Source: Amphiscolops sp. MND2022 (lineage: Eukaryota). From it: a stretch of DNA of 64,000 nt. The stretch covers positions 44,580,001 through 44,644,000 of the forward strand of contig OZ076413.1 in the NCBI GenBank assembly GCA_964187785.1, written 5' to 3'. Position 1 is the first letter of the stretch. Each line of letters begins with the position of its first letter. The position numbers and the translations under genes were made by a program. Under the pieces are notes generated by a model. That model did no database searches and was not told the origin of the DNA. It was given only the letters and a program-made list of their open reading frames with translations. This document shows, in pieces, positions 1 through 13,000 of the stretch.

Positions 1-249
1 CACATATAATTGTTACAAATATAACTGGAATTATCTGAGATTAGCAAGTACAGATTTCGAGAATAAACTTCAGGAAAGATTCAGCAATATACTACATTTC
101 AGAGCACTTCAACTTTTCCCGCTCCCAATAACGCAACTTTCAACACAATTAGGCTCTTTTCTGTTTATTCATTTGAGTGTAAAAATAAATTATTTTATTT
201 TATTTATTATAATTATTCCTACCCATAATTATTCATTGAACACCCCTGG

Positions 250-1478
250 CCCGGGTTGACCCTCTTACCAGAACCAAGATCTTGCCAAATTCTTACTACA
301 TCATCTTGGCAACCATGGATCCCATGGCAAGATTCCTACTAAGATCTTACCAAGATGTATTATTATCCCAAGATCGAATCTTACTAAGATAGAAAAAATT
401 CAAAGATTAAAAAATTTCTATGAAGAGTTTTAAAATTGGTCACATTCGTATGATAATTTTTTTGCCGTGATTCCAGTGATTTTTGAAATATATTCAGTGA
501 TTTTTAGATGTTATTCTTGTGATTTATAGATATTCCAGTGGTTCTAGTTCTTAATTCAAGGGTTTTAGATGTTATTCCAGAGCTTTTAGATCTTATTCCA
601 GTCATTTTGAGGTAAATTTAGTGATTTTTAGATGTTATTCCGGTGGTGTTAGAATTAAATCAGCGATTTTTTATGTTTTTGTAGTGGTTGTAAAGATCAT
701 CCAGTAATTTTATTGTTTTGACTGATTTCTAGATGATTTTTCCATAACTTTTAATTTAATGTTTTTCTGATTCTGTTTTTTTTCTCGATCGATATCGATA
801 TCAAGCAGTTCGTAATAAATTTTTCTTGCCATATTGGGCTTCTTAGTAAGATTTTTCTTGGAGCCGTGACTGTCTTGATAAGAACTTACCATGACATGAC
901 ATCTTACAATTCTCGGCAATATCTTGGCAAGATAAATTATTATCTGCAGACTTATCTGCAGATAAATTTTCCGTTCGTACTTCAAAAATTGAAATCAATT
1001 TACCACAAAATAATTACTTCAAAAGACCATAAGTTTCCTCAAAGTTACCACAAAATTGATTAATCTCTGGTCTTTCCGTTTTTACCCACCAGGGTCGACC
1101 CTCCATGGATATCTTGATAAAATCTTGGCAAGATCTTGCCAAGATCTTGAAAAATCTTAGCTAAGATCTTGCCAAGATATTGCCGAGAATTGTAAGATGT
1201 CATGTCATGGTAAGTTCTTATCAAGACAGTCACGGTTCCAAGAAAAATCTTACTAAGAAGCCCAATATGGCAAGAAAAATTTATTACGAACTGCTTGATA
1301 TCGATATCGATCGAGAATCAGAAAAACATTAAATTAAAAGTTATGGAAAAATCATCTAGAAATCAGTCAAAACAATAAAATTACTGGATGATCTTTACAC
1401 CTACTACAAAAACATAAAAAATCGCTGATTTAATTCTAACATCACCGGAATAACATCTAAAAATCACTAAATTTACCT
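250..1478. mobile_element. Rearranged non-autonomous DNA transposon (CCCGGGTYGACCCTC termini, AAGATCTT subterminal repeats) forming a fold-back
   Basis: Terminus cccgggttgaccctc at 250; opposite-end terminus ccagggtcgaccctc at ~1089; 610-933 is a near-perfect reverse complement of 1166-1478; same family as 5352/24133. Confidence 0.65.
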
Positions 1479-1632
1479 AGCATGCTGATAAAATTTGCGT
1501 TCACACGATTTTTTATGATCCCTTTATTGAAAATTCAACATCTTCAATTTTTGAGTTGCATAAAGATCAATCGAGGGCGCATGGTCACAGTCGAGATGTG
1601 TGACAAATTTTCAAGTGCTCAAACGAAAAGAC

Positions 1633-2055
1633 GGACCATGCGTCTTATACCACACCAAGCGGACGCAGGGGGCAAATAAGATACAAGGTTCAAATACCAT
1701 TATGTCGACATCGTTCGCGTTGAAATTTTGGTCCAATAAAATAATTGAAGTCGATATAATCCTATCTTTTACATTGACTGCCAGTAAAAAGTTGCTCATT
1801 GGATTTTATCGTGGAGAAAATTTGATTTGCTTTGAAATATGGGACTTTTTATACAATTTTATATAAAGCGTGAGTTTTTGTTATTTTGAACAATAATGTC
1901 AAAAAAATTGGTGTCAGTTTTTGTAAGAAGTGTCAAAACAGCTGTAAAGACAATCCTCTAAGTATTTACATTCAAACAATATTCTTTTATTAGTGAAATA
2001 TTTTTTTTCAAGGACAAAATGTGTTTTCTTGTTGGGGGGATAAGATACATGGTCC
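1633..2055. mobile_element. MITE with GGACCATG terminal inverted repeats (related to 27454-46275)
   Basis: ggaccatgcgtcttat ... ataagatacatggtcc; interior 1690-1790 matches the reverse complement of ~46065-46163. No clear TSD. Confidence 0.65.
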
Positions 2056-3375
2056 AAGTCATCACTTAAGTGTCATCTTGAGTTAACTTCCTGTAATAGT
2101 TTTAAGACTTCACAAATTGATTCTTGTATTATTGCCCGGTATATCTACTTAGTTAATATTTAGTTCATACAAGGTTTCGAAATATGGAAAATAATTGCCA
2201 TGAATAAACATCTTATATTGGTGAAAAATTCCAATTCGATGTGTCAATGCAAAACGAGGACGAGAGTAAACCGAGCGGGAACACCGAGAACGAAACAGCC
2301 TGAAAGCTTAGCGAGACTGTGAAAAAGACTCGAGAAGGACTCATTTTGGTGCGAACACCCGGTTTTTTTTTGATTTTCAGCATTACGCTACCCTAAATAG
2401 CGGGAAAGATAGTCTTTTTGCCTGAAGATCCTTGTTTGGTACTTGGAGCCCCTGCGCCCCAGCTTTTAGCTGTGTGGTTGGCCATATCTATGTGTGCTTT
2501 AATGTATTTCCGTGGTTATTAGCTGTATTTAACTGCCCGAGAGCTATTTCTTGCAATTTTAGACGTTATTCCTATGCCACCCTGGAAATATGGAAATTGA
2601 TGCTGTTTATTCTTGGAACGTTTCTAAAGGCTATTTATGTGGTGGTCCTGAGAGACAAGCAAGATGCTTCTATTTTATAGCAATAAAAGACCGGAATCAG
2701 GCCAGAGAGTGTCCTTTAAGACGGTGCTCCCTCCTCGGGACCGGCATCCTACAAAGGCAAATCGACTGATTTGTCGAAACGGTCAGTCCCGGACAACACG
2801 TTTGCATGCTAGTTTCTCCACTTTGTGTAGCTTTTTTTGCTTGTCGTTACATTATGTAATGATATGACTGAAATGTTTTCAAAGATGGATATTGTATGAA
2901 CTAAATGTTTTAACATATGATGGTTCTTTGTATGGCTTCCATAGAGCCGAGACTGCTTTTTGCATGCTTTTTACATGCTACAGGCATGCGTGCTTGTTGA
3001 TGTTTTTAGAAAACCCAGAAAACAATAAACGTCTGGTGGTAAATCTTGTAAGAGTCAAATCAATGCGGTTTTGACTATCAATTTTTCCAGCTTCGTTACC
3101 GACACGATCACATTGTTTTCACAATTTGTTTTTTTTAAATACTCATCAGATGTAATGACATTTTCTGAAATAGCAGTTTACAAAGTGAATGAAATCAATT
3201 CGCAATAAAACGGCGGTATAATTGATAACATCTTAGTCGCATATAAAAAGAATGGGTTTTGAGGAAATCTTCAAAACTTGAAGACTCCGATGATTCTTCC
3301 AGGCAGCTTGATGAAAGTCGAATACAAAAGGAAACAAGCCGGGAACGGCATAAGTCTGCGCCACATTTAGGGCAA

Positions 3376-4401
3376 TAGAGTGCACAGGCAAGCCTTATTT
3401 GCTCAAAGCGCAACATAGTGCGTTCAATATCTCGGATTCCACAACCATAGCTTTAACCGTGCAAAATTTGCAAATTACGTCATTTGTCCCGGATTCCACG
3501 GATTTAGTCGTGGATTCCAGTAACAAATGCTTAGCTGTACGAACTGTCGGCATGCAGCGGTGTCACGGATTCCACAAAAACGTAAGTTTTGCGAAATGAA
3601 CCAATCAGATTGCAGAAATCATAAATTTCCTGGATTCCACGACTTTATGCTTGACGCGATACGCGGCATCTCTTCTTTAATTAAACTCAAGTGGTAGACT
3701 GAACAAACATGATATTATGCACTACTTTTCGTATATTATTTCAAAATGATTCAGACAATCACACCAATATCAAACAAAATTTTTGTATTTTCAAGTTTAG
3801 TACCGTTTTGAACAAACTGCCAGATCATCACAATCTGCCATTTTTTGATGACATGCTTCAATTTTGGTACCAGTCACGAGTATCTCTATTCGTACTTCTT
3901 GGATTTTTCGTGTCAATCAAAACAATTTCCTTTGATATAAGATTGATTTAATTCAAGTTCTTCTGCCTTTCTAATAATGATCATGCAAAATGAATACTAT
4001 ATTACACAAATATTCGTCATTTCAAGTTTAGTACCGTTTTGAACAAACTGCCAGATCATCACAATCTGCCATTATTTGAAGACATGCTTCATTTTTGGTA
4101 CCAGTCACGAGTATCTCTATTCGTACTTCTTGGATTTTTCGTGTCAATCGAAACAAATTCCTTTGATATAAGATTGAATTAATATAAAATGATTATTCAA
4201 AATGAGCGGACCAATCAGAGAGCAGCGGCAAAAGTGTCATTATAGCAGCAGTATTGGCGTGGAATCCAGGACAGGCACTGTCGTGGAATCCAAGAAACGC
4301 TTAACATCAAAGAGAAATTTTGTCCTGGATTCCACGACTTTTCTCAATTTTCGTGTCCCGGATTCCACGAAAAGCAGCGAAAAGCTTGCCTGTGCACTGT
4401 G
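3376..4401. mobile_element. Degenerate TIR element with CACTGTG end (Transib-like terminus) and internal GGATTCCAC repeats
   Basis: tagagtgcacaggcaagc vs gcttgcctgtgcactgtg; many ggattccac/gtggaatcc subrepeats; internal ~157-bp direct duplication 3789-3946/4020-4176. TSD not evident. Confidence 0.4.
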
Positions 4402-4772
4402 ATGGGCTCAAATTAGCAAGAGGACTTCAAAGTTTCAAATATTCTTTTCCACAGTACTTGAAGAACCCATCTGGGCAGAACTGGCGCGCTGAGGGGGATT
4501 TTGGGATTTTTTGACATCCGTTCAAAATATAAAAAAAATTGAAGGGTGACCCTCTGGAGACATCAAAACTATTTCGAAAAAGTTTCATAATGCTGAATAA
4601 AAACTGAAATGGGCATTTCACAATACGCCTTAATCTCGCCCGTTATTGAATGTTACCCTGAACAAAGAGCAACACTTATAGTTGAGTTCAGTGGGCCTAA
4701 TGGTCCAATTTGGTCCCTTAAAATTTTGTGGTTGTTTGTTGAACTATTCATTTTGGTGTTAGTGTGGAAATG

Positions 4773-5300
4773 AACAAGACGGGAACGTCCCAAGTCGGCG
4801 CCATATCTTAGGCTCAAAAATATTCAAGGAACAACTATTGGAAAAAATTGGAAAAAAAAATTTTTCAAAAAAAAATTTGATTTTTTTTCGAAAAAAAGTA
4901 TTTTTTAGGTCGCACAATGCCGAAAAACTCAAAAAGAGGCCATTCAGGCTCATTCAACGTTTTCTACAAACCGAAAACTTCAAAAAAATGCAAGGGGGTA
5001 CCCTTTGATAAATTTCGAAAGTTTTCGAAAAAAAGTCGCATAGTGCCGAAAAAAAACCCAAAGGGGGGACCCTTTGGTCTCACCTGTACTTTTGGAAGCA
5101 TTAAAAAATTTATGGTTTAGTGCGGGATTCGAACCCACGCTCTCCGGCTGGGTCGAAGATGGAAGATGAACAAATATGAAAGATGAACAAAAATTGTAAG
5201 AAAAGTGGACCACTCAGAGTGAGATTGTCAACTGAAAAAAAAACTACTCACTGTAAGAGTCGGGCTTTTTTCCTTAAGGGAAAAGGCGCCGACTGAAAAA
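4773..5300 (-). mobile_element. Helentron/DINE-like non-autonomous element
   Basis: Subterminal inverted AGTCGGCGC motifs, a hairpin at one end (agtcgggcttttttccttaagggaaaaggcgccgact), a short gacgggaacgtc stem-loop near the other end; same family at 49.1-50.4k, 53.3k, 60.0k and 62.2k. Confidence 0.55.
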
Positions 5301-5373
5301 AGAGTCACTATTATAGTCACTTTTCACTTCATGATGGTCTGAGAAAAACAACCCGGGTTGACCCTCTTACTAG

Positions 5374-5788
5374 TGTGACGTCATGATACATGACATCAAG
5401 AATTTTATATTTGCTAAACTTCGTGACCTAATAGCATGACAGATGTCACTCTACTCAGAAGTTAATACTTCATTATCGAAATGCTAATATTTCATTATAA
5501 ATGTAATCCCTCCAAACTTCATCCTATAATGATTTGAAGTCTATTTAATCTTATTATTGATTGATGTACTAACTAATTCTGTATAATCAGAGTAACTCGA
5601 ATGTTGTAATCAACCAGTACTCTCATTTTGAAGAGAAAGTAATTCTGAGATCTCAGTCCGAATAGTACTCCTCAGTTCAGTGAAAGTATAGCTAGCTAGA
5701 CGGTACTCTGTTAAGACTTAGTAAAGAACTTCTTATGTACTTCATAAATGAAATAACATCTAACATAAGACAAGTCTTAAACAGCTCA
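5374..5788 (+). repeat. E1 5' LTR (415 bp)
   Basis: Identical to 22803-23217 except one substitution (G5639/T23068); begins TG, ends CA. Confidence 0.97.
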
Positions 5789-5935
5789 ATTGGTGCGACC
5801 ACGAAAATTCTCTTTTCTCTTCCTCTAATACCTCAACTTCATTCTTCTTGTACACAATTTCTTAACTTTCTCATACGCTATTTCTTCGTTCGACACACTG
5901 TTTCACCTCCTCTTTCTATTGTATATCGATACTAA
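5735..5935 (+). CDS. E1 leader micro-ORF (66 aa) conserved with E2
   Basis: FLNFLIRYFFVRHTVSP aligns with E2 FLNFINKYIIVRNTISP, with several synonymous third-position differences. Confidence 0.5.
   Translation: MYFINEITSNIRQVLNSSIGATTKILFSLPLIPQLHSSCTQFLNFLIRYFFVRHTVSPPLSIVYRY
5791..5800 (+). promoter_or_regulatory. E1 primer-binding site TGGTGCGACC
   Basis: TGG-starting motif 2 nt after the 5' LTR; 9 nt shared with the E2 PBS; complementary to a tRNA 3' end ...GUCGCACCA (tRNA-Gly-like by inference). Confidence 0.8.
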
Positions 5936-5949
5936 CTTCCCTCATGGTT

Positions 5950-6158
5950 CTGACTACGTCTTTTCGTAATTCCTGTCAGTTACAAATTTTCGGTTCTGAC
6001 TGCGTACTATCGTAATTCCTGTCAGCAAATATTTTGGTTCTGACTACGTTCACACGTAATTCCTGTCAGTAAATTTTCCGTTCCAACCACTACAAAGTGA
6101 TTTCGTGTTGGTTTCTTTTTCATTTCCGTTCCAACCGCAGACGTGCGATTCGTGTTGG
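5950..6158 (+). repeat. E1 leader array of five bulged hairpins (candidate cis-acting RNA element)
   Basis: CTGAC..GTCAG x3 and CCAAC..GTTGG x2 outer stems, variable but paired inner stems, shared ATT(T)C(C/G)T bulge. Confidence 0.7.
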
Positions 6159-6599
6159 TTTTTCAATTGTGCTATCCGGCGATTCCTGCTAGTCAAATAC
6201 TCTGGTTCTAGCCGCTTGGATCAACTCCTCTCAGAGTTGGCACATAACATAGCATTTTCTCTCATCTCATACAATAACATCTTTCCTCCTCTCCACTTTT
6301 AACAATACTCATAACACTCTACACCTCTCTATCACACTATACTTTTCTTCTTTTTAAACACTGCCGCGGATCAATAATACACATTTCACTTCTAAAACTC
6401 TATAATTAATCAAAAATACATATTTCACTTCTAGAACCTTCAATAATACATATTTTACTTCTAGAACTCTATAATTAACTTTTAGTACAAAATTTCAGTA
6501 TAACCTAACCTTTTAGTACAACATTGCAGTATAACACCCACTAAAATATAATACAAAAATTTCTTTCATATAACTATAGTACATTCTATCTTTTTGTTA

Positions 6600-6719
6600 A
6601 TGCCTTCAGCTGATAAACTAGTACATTTCTTAATTCTTCTTTGGTTCTCTCTCGGTATCCTTGCTGGTATTGCACTTTTCTTTGACAGATTTTTAGTCTC
6701 TTTTATACCAAGATTATAA
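6600..6719 (+). CDS. E1 39-aa single-TM micro-ORF
   Basis: MPSADKLVHFLILLWFSLGILAGIALFFDRFLVSFIPRL translated by eye; one hydrophobic span. Confidence 0.3.
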   Translation: MPSADKLVHFLILLWFSLGILAGIALFFDRFLVSFIPRL

Positions 6720-6838
6720 TATTGTACATTATTATTTTACACTAGAAGAACAAAATACTAACCCATACTCTATATACCTCTTAAGAACAAAATACTAATT
6801 ATTACCCTATATAACTCTTAAAGCACTCTTATTTTCCT

Positions 6839-7075
6839 ATGATACAAGCTATGATACTTCCTCTTTTTGGCATTTTTGGAATATATTACACAATTTGTAC
6901 CTTACTATCACTGACATCTAACAAATTTCTACTCTTCCCCTTAACCCTAATTACTGTTTTCCTACAAATCGCATTCGTAGATATAATACTTCCATATCCC
7001 ATCAATTTTAACACAAAACACATTTTCACCCAATATCTATTTCCTATAGTGAACAATTTCTACTATGATTCGTAA
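6839..7075 (+). CDS. E1 78-aa hydrophobic ORF immediately upstream of gag
   Basis: ATG ORF with two hydrophobic spans ending 12 nt before the gag ATG; positional analogue in E2 (43688-43801). Confidence 0.35.
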   Translation: MIQAMILPLFGIFGIYYTICTLLSLTSNKFLLFPLTLITVFLQIAFVDIILPYPINFNTKHIFTQYLFPIVNNFYYDS

Positions 7076-7087
7076 CGAAATTACATA

Positions 7088-10000
7088 ATGCTTCCAAGTC
7101 CATTCACATTTTCTTCACAACAAAGATCTTTTCGTTCAACCACCCATGATATAACACCCTTTTTACACAACCTAATCTATCAGTACACCAATCCACTTCC
7201 ATTTGAAACAGAAGCACATTCTATTCATACAATACCATTGCTTCGAGAACACTTAGATGCATACCTTTATTACTTTAGATATAAAACATTAGAAATCACA
7301 CAATCACAACAACCCTTTCAAGTCATTTTCAATCCAATACCAGGTATTAACAATGGAACATTCTATAGAACTATTCATCCTCGAAACTTAACCTTACCTA
7401 TTCAAAATATTTTTACAAGTTACATTAACCAACTTATCGAACACAATGAAAATTTAGACACACCAATATACAGACCATCTCTCCTCGAAGAATTGAAAGA
7501 AAAAGTAGACCTTTTTGAAGTCCCAGATTTAGATACAAAAATAAAACGCCACAACAACCCTCATTACTGGCTTCAACAAGATATTTTACAAGCAACAACT
7601 TTCCAATACAAATTCTTCAAAAATATTACACTAGATGATGATACAATACCACAAATTAAAGTCTTCTCTCACTTTCTTTTGAAATTCTTCAGATTTAATT
7701 ATCAACTGATATGGGAACCAAAAGACCAAAATGCATATATACATTTTCCTCAAATACTAAATAAAACTGAACTTTTACCATTTATCATTCAAAACGACTC
7801 CAAACATCCATATTACAAAAACTTCACTACACTCCATCCATCTCACATTGAAGCTATAGAACTTAATAGTGATTTTCTTATAGAACAATCTGAAACTTCA
7901 GATAGTCGACCTTATACAAACCTATTCCAGAACAATACAATAGAAGAAGAAAACCAATCTTCTGAAATTTCCGACAATCGACACTATACGCACTTAACAC
8001 AAGACCACAACACTGCCGATGAAAACGTAATTCAACATCAACCAACAACTCCAAGACATACACCCCAAATAACACATGATTCAACAGAATCAGTACAAGA
8101 CACAATTACAAACCCACCTAATACTTCTAGTACAACTACAGACTCCAATGCTCTTCAAGTACCTACTCGAAATATCACGGAAACTAACACTCATCTTTTC
8201 AATCAAGAAAACCCTTCTACAATTGACACTGAAACACTATCATCTTCAATACACCAAACAATACCACGAAACTATGATCCACCACCTCCTCCATCTATTC
8301 ATTCCACTCATAGCACTCCACACAACTCACCGCAACAAGGATCATCAAACACCTTTTTTACTCAACAACCTCCCTTAAACGAAACCCAATTTCAAACAAC
8401 CACTCCCCCAATACAATCACCTCAAACAATACCATATATTCCTGCTCAAATACCTGTGCAATACAATAATCCTCCTATTTTCACTATTAACACTCTACAT
8501 ACTAACCCCACATCAAACGCTACAACTTCTAGTACATTATCACGACCTCCTTTACCACTAATACAGAATAACCCACTTATGTACAATCTCACTAGTACCA
8601 ATATACAATCACAACTTAATACAAATAATACACAAACTAACTTAAATGTATCACACTCTAATACTCATCATCAAACTCATCTTCCTTCTACTATTACACA
8701 TCCACCTCCACATATACAATCAGTTCCAATACAACCTCAAGTCAATGTTCTAAATATCCCACCTACTTCTTCAAACCCTTCCACTCTACACACTATACCT
8801 CCAAATACAATACCTCCATCTACCATTAATACACCTACCTATATTAATTCTGCTACATCAATTTCAGAACCCATTAAACCTTTTGATGGTTTAGACCATA
8901 ATTATACACCAGAAGAATACTTACAACATATTGAGGCCCGCGTTACATTTTCATTAGGTTTACAACCTCATACTACTCATGAATACAAATTTTGGCATGC
9001 TCGTCGAATGGCTTTTATACAATGCTCACTCACTGGAACTGCCCTCAGTTGGTATATTCGATTAAATGACACTTACAAACAAGATTGGCACGCTTTTGTA
9101 CAAGCTTTCAAAAAACAATTTTCATCACAAAAGAACGCTTATTATGCACAAGTTGAAGCTCTTAGTTTAACAAAAAAGGACAACGAAACTGTTCGTCATT
9201 TTGCTCTTAGAGTTCAACAACTTGTTGAAAAAGGTTGGTGCAATGAGAACGCATCAACTATAAATCTCAAATGCAATGAATATTTTACAAAAGGACTACC
9301 TAAAAATCTTAAAGATTTTGCAAACAAACGACAAGTTAAACATACTTCTACCGTTTTAGAACCTTCGATACCTTTTCATACACTTGTAAAACTTGTAGAT
9401 GCTGAAGACATCGCAAATGACAAGATCCGTACACATGATCTTACTCTCGAAGTTAATAACCTTACAAAACAACTACAATCTCAATCTTTAAATCAACAAC
9501 AAACTGACCAGATTATGTTTACACAACCACGAGACCCAAATAACAAAACAAAACCCGCTTACAAAAAATACTGCTCCTACTGTCATAGAACAAATCACTC
9601 TATCTCTGCTTGTTTCAAAAAACAAAGAGATGATGAGGACAAACGCGATAGATATGCAAGATCAAAATCCCCCCAAAAATCCTTTGTACAATACTTTCGT
9701 TCATCCTCCAATGATAGAACACAAAGATCTGACACAAGACCAAACGAATATCCCACTAGATACCGTAGTCGAAGTACATCTCGTCACGACTATCAAAAAC
9801 ATAATAGACAACGATCTATTTCTAGAACTCGCTACAACTACGATAGAACAACTACTCCTCCGCACTATACCAGATCTCGCTATGACAACTACCACCGTGA
9901 TTCTCGTTCCCACCGTTCACCATATAGATCTTCCTATAGATCACCCCACAAACGCGATTCACACTCCCGTTATAGATCTCGATCATACTCAAGGGACAAC

Positions 10001-13000
10001 AACTTTCCACGCTATACTTCTTCTTATAGACCACCATCTAGACCTAGAGATTCTCGATATTCTCGGTCCCGCTCACACTCTCAGACACGAAACAAAATAA
10101 ATACCATACAACAACAAAATTCTAACGATCCAATCAACTTCGAAATCCACATGTATCATCCAACCGAAATGGCAAATGCTTTAACACCTACAAGCTGGTT
10201 CTACTCTTTATATACACATACACCTTCAAACCAAATTCATCGTGACTATCCTTCAAGACTTGAAATTTCCTTCCTCCTTGACAGTGGTGCTTCAATTTCT
10301 GTCTTAAACCACCCTACCTATATTACTATTGTAAAACTCCTTAATATTTAACAAACTTCTCCTCATAATTCATCTAAAACACTTACCGTTGCAAATCAAA
10401 CAGAAGTCCCTATTTTACATTACATCACATTTACTTTAAATACAACTATCGAAGATAATTCACGTCAATTTACAATTCCATTTGCAGTAGCTGATATAAA
10501 GTACAATATCCTTGGAACACCTTTCTTTGAAGAAAACATTCAAAACATCAATATACAAGATTCTACATTACATTTCAAAAACCACTCTAAAGTATATCCA
10601 AACTATGCTAAATTCACCTCTTTACTATCCAAAGATTATCCATACTTTTCTTACATTTACAGAATAAACTCCAAAACACAAATCCGTTTAAAACCAAATA
10701 CTTCCAAAATTGCACATTTTCCTATTAATAACTATTATAACCTTCATTTCTCAACAACACCACAAAAACAATTTTTTCCCACAATTCCACACACTTACGT
10801 TTCCTCCAAATTTCGTACAACCTTCAATTTTATTGAAGTCTTCACAGACGACAAACCAGACACTTGTGCTACAATTATACAAAACTCTACAAATCACATT
10901 GCAACACTACCCACAGGACACATTGGCTATATTGAAGTTCCAATAACAAATGAAAAACCCAAATATTATCAAGTAAATGACATTAACACACTTATTCATA
11001 ATGTTACTCATACTTACCATCCTGAAATTACAGAACTTATTCCAACCACTAAATATTCAACAACTACAGAACAACAACCAATATCTCCAACACAATTTTC
11101 ATTAAATCAAGTATATATGACTGATACTGATTCATTACCACACTCACCTTCTCTATATAACGTCCAACCTACTTCTCATTCCTCGAAACAACGAGTGTTT
11201 CCTTCATTGCCATACTCACCAGAAAATCTTAAATTCATAAATAAATTCAACTTTCAATTCTCTGACCTTACAGACACCGAATATATCACACTTTGTAACT
11301 TGTTACTCAAATATAAAACCTGTTATGCTACTCATAAAAACGATGTTGGAAAAATTGCTACTCCTTTCCGCATTCGTCTTAAACCCAATGCTCAACTACT
11401 TACACAACGCCCATCTAAAGTACCAATTCATTACCGTGATAAACTTAACACTCTTCTCAAAGATTTAGAAAAACACAACATTATAAAACAAATTGGTTCT
11501 TCACCTCAAGACAAACCTGTTTATGGTACAACATACTTGAATCCTCTTATCATTATACCAAAAGGTGACTCCATAAAATGTGTACTTGATGCACGCCACC
11601 TCAATTCCAATACAGAACAATCCGACGAATCTTGGCCTATTGAACCTCTTGCTCCTCAACTTGCACGAGCAAATAAAAAGTACAAATCAGCCATAGATCT
11701 CATGTATGCCTATGCACACACACCTCTTGACGAAGAAACAATTAAACTTACAAGTTTCTCGTCAGGCGACAAACTCTTCGCTTTCATACGAGGCTTTTAT
11801 GGTCTCAAAGGTCTTCCAAATTTTTTTACTAAACAAATGTCCTCATTCTTCAAAACACTTATTGAACAAGGTTTTGCCCTTGTATACATAGATGATATTT
11901 TACTCCTTTCCAACTCTAAAGAACACATGTTCCAACTCATTGAACAACTACATACTATTAGCGCAAAAAATAATCTTAAACTTGCTCCAGAAAAATCCTT
12001 TTTCCTGCTCCTCAAAGTCAAGTTTTTAGGACATGAAATAGGTTACAACACTATCAAACCAATACACTCCAAAATTTCAGCTATACATAAAATTCCTTCA
12101 CCAACTGGCAAAGTTGCTCTTATGAGTTTCATAGGTGCACTCAATTTTAACACAAAATTTATAGACAAACTCCATATTAACCTTAAACCATTTTATGACT
12201 TATTGCACGAAAACACCCCTTGGAAATGGACTGAAGACCATGAACGCTTATTTCAAACCTTAAAAAACTCTCTCACTTCTGATACAGAATTTACAATTCC
12301 AAATACAAAACATCCTTTCTTTATCACTGTAGATGCTTCCCTTATTGGATTAGGTGCTGTCCTTTTCCAACTAAATGAACACAATCAAATGAAAGTAATA
12401 TCTTACAATTCTCGCATATTAAACCCTCAAAAACAAAAACTCTCTACTCTTGAACGCGAACTTCTTGGTATAGTACACGCCCTCCAAATCTACGAATTTA
12501 TTATAATTGGATCACCACATCCTATCCATGTTTTTACAGATCACAAACCTCTCTTGCATTGTTTCACAAAAAAAGGAAATCTTAGTCCTCGCTTTTATAG
12601 AGCTCAAATGCAACTTACAAAATTTTCAAAACTCAAAATAATACATACTCCAGGGAAAAATCTTTCTGTTGCTGACTTACTTAGTCGTTCTTTCACAAAA
12701 GAAGAATTACAAATAAATCAACTCAAACACAAACACCTTCCACCCCATATTGACTTCACAATACTCCAAAACAACAAACTTCAACCTGTACATTACTTAA
12801 TTAAACACGAAGAAGTTTTACCACATCAAAAACATGACTCTCACCCTATTCTTGCTGATTATGGTACAGACCAATTTTCATTACGTATTAATGACAAAGG
12901 AAACGACATTATAGTTAAACCTTTAAACTCATTTTCTTTCAATGCCATCACTCCTTTTCAAACAAAATTTAAGGCTCCTGCCAAAAAACATAACAAATCC

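Noticed and set aside
5950..6158. CRISPR-like repeat-spacer array (also 45046-45325)
   Set aside because: Eukaryotic retroelement context, variable parts only a few nt long and inside hairpin loops, no cas genes.
10349..10351. In-frame TAA as a programmed gag/pol readthrough site
   Set aside because: It falls inside the protease after the DSG motif and E2 is open across this region; the second TAA (14699) likewise interrupts a conserved IN motif. Both are best read as nonsense mutations or errors.
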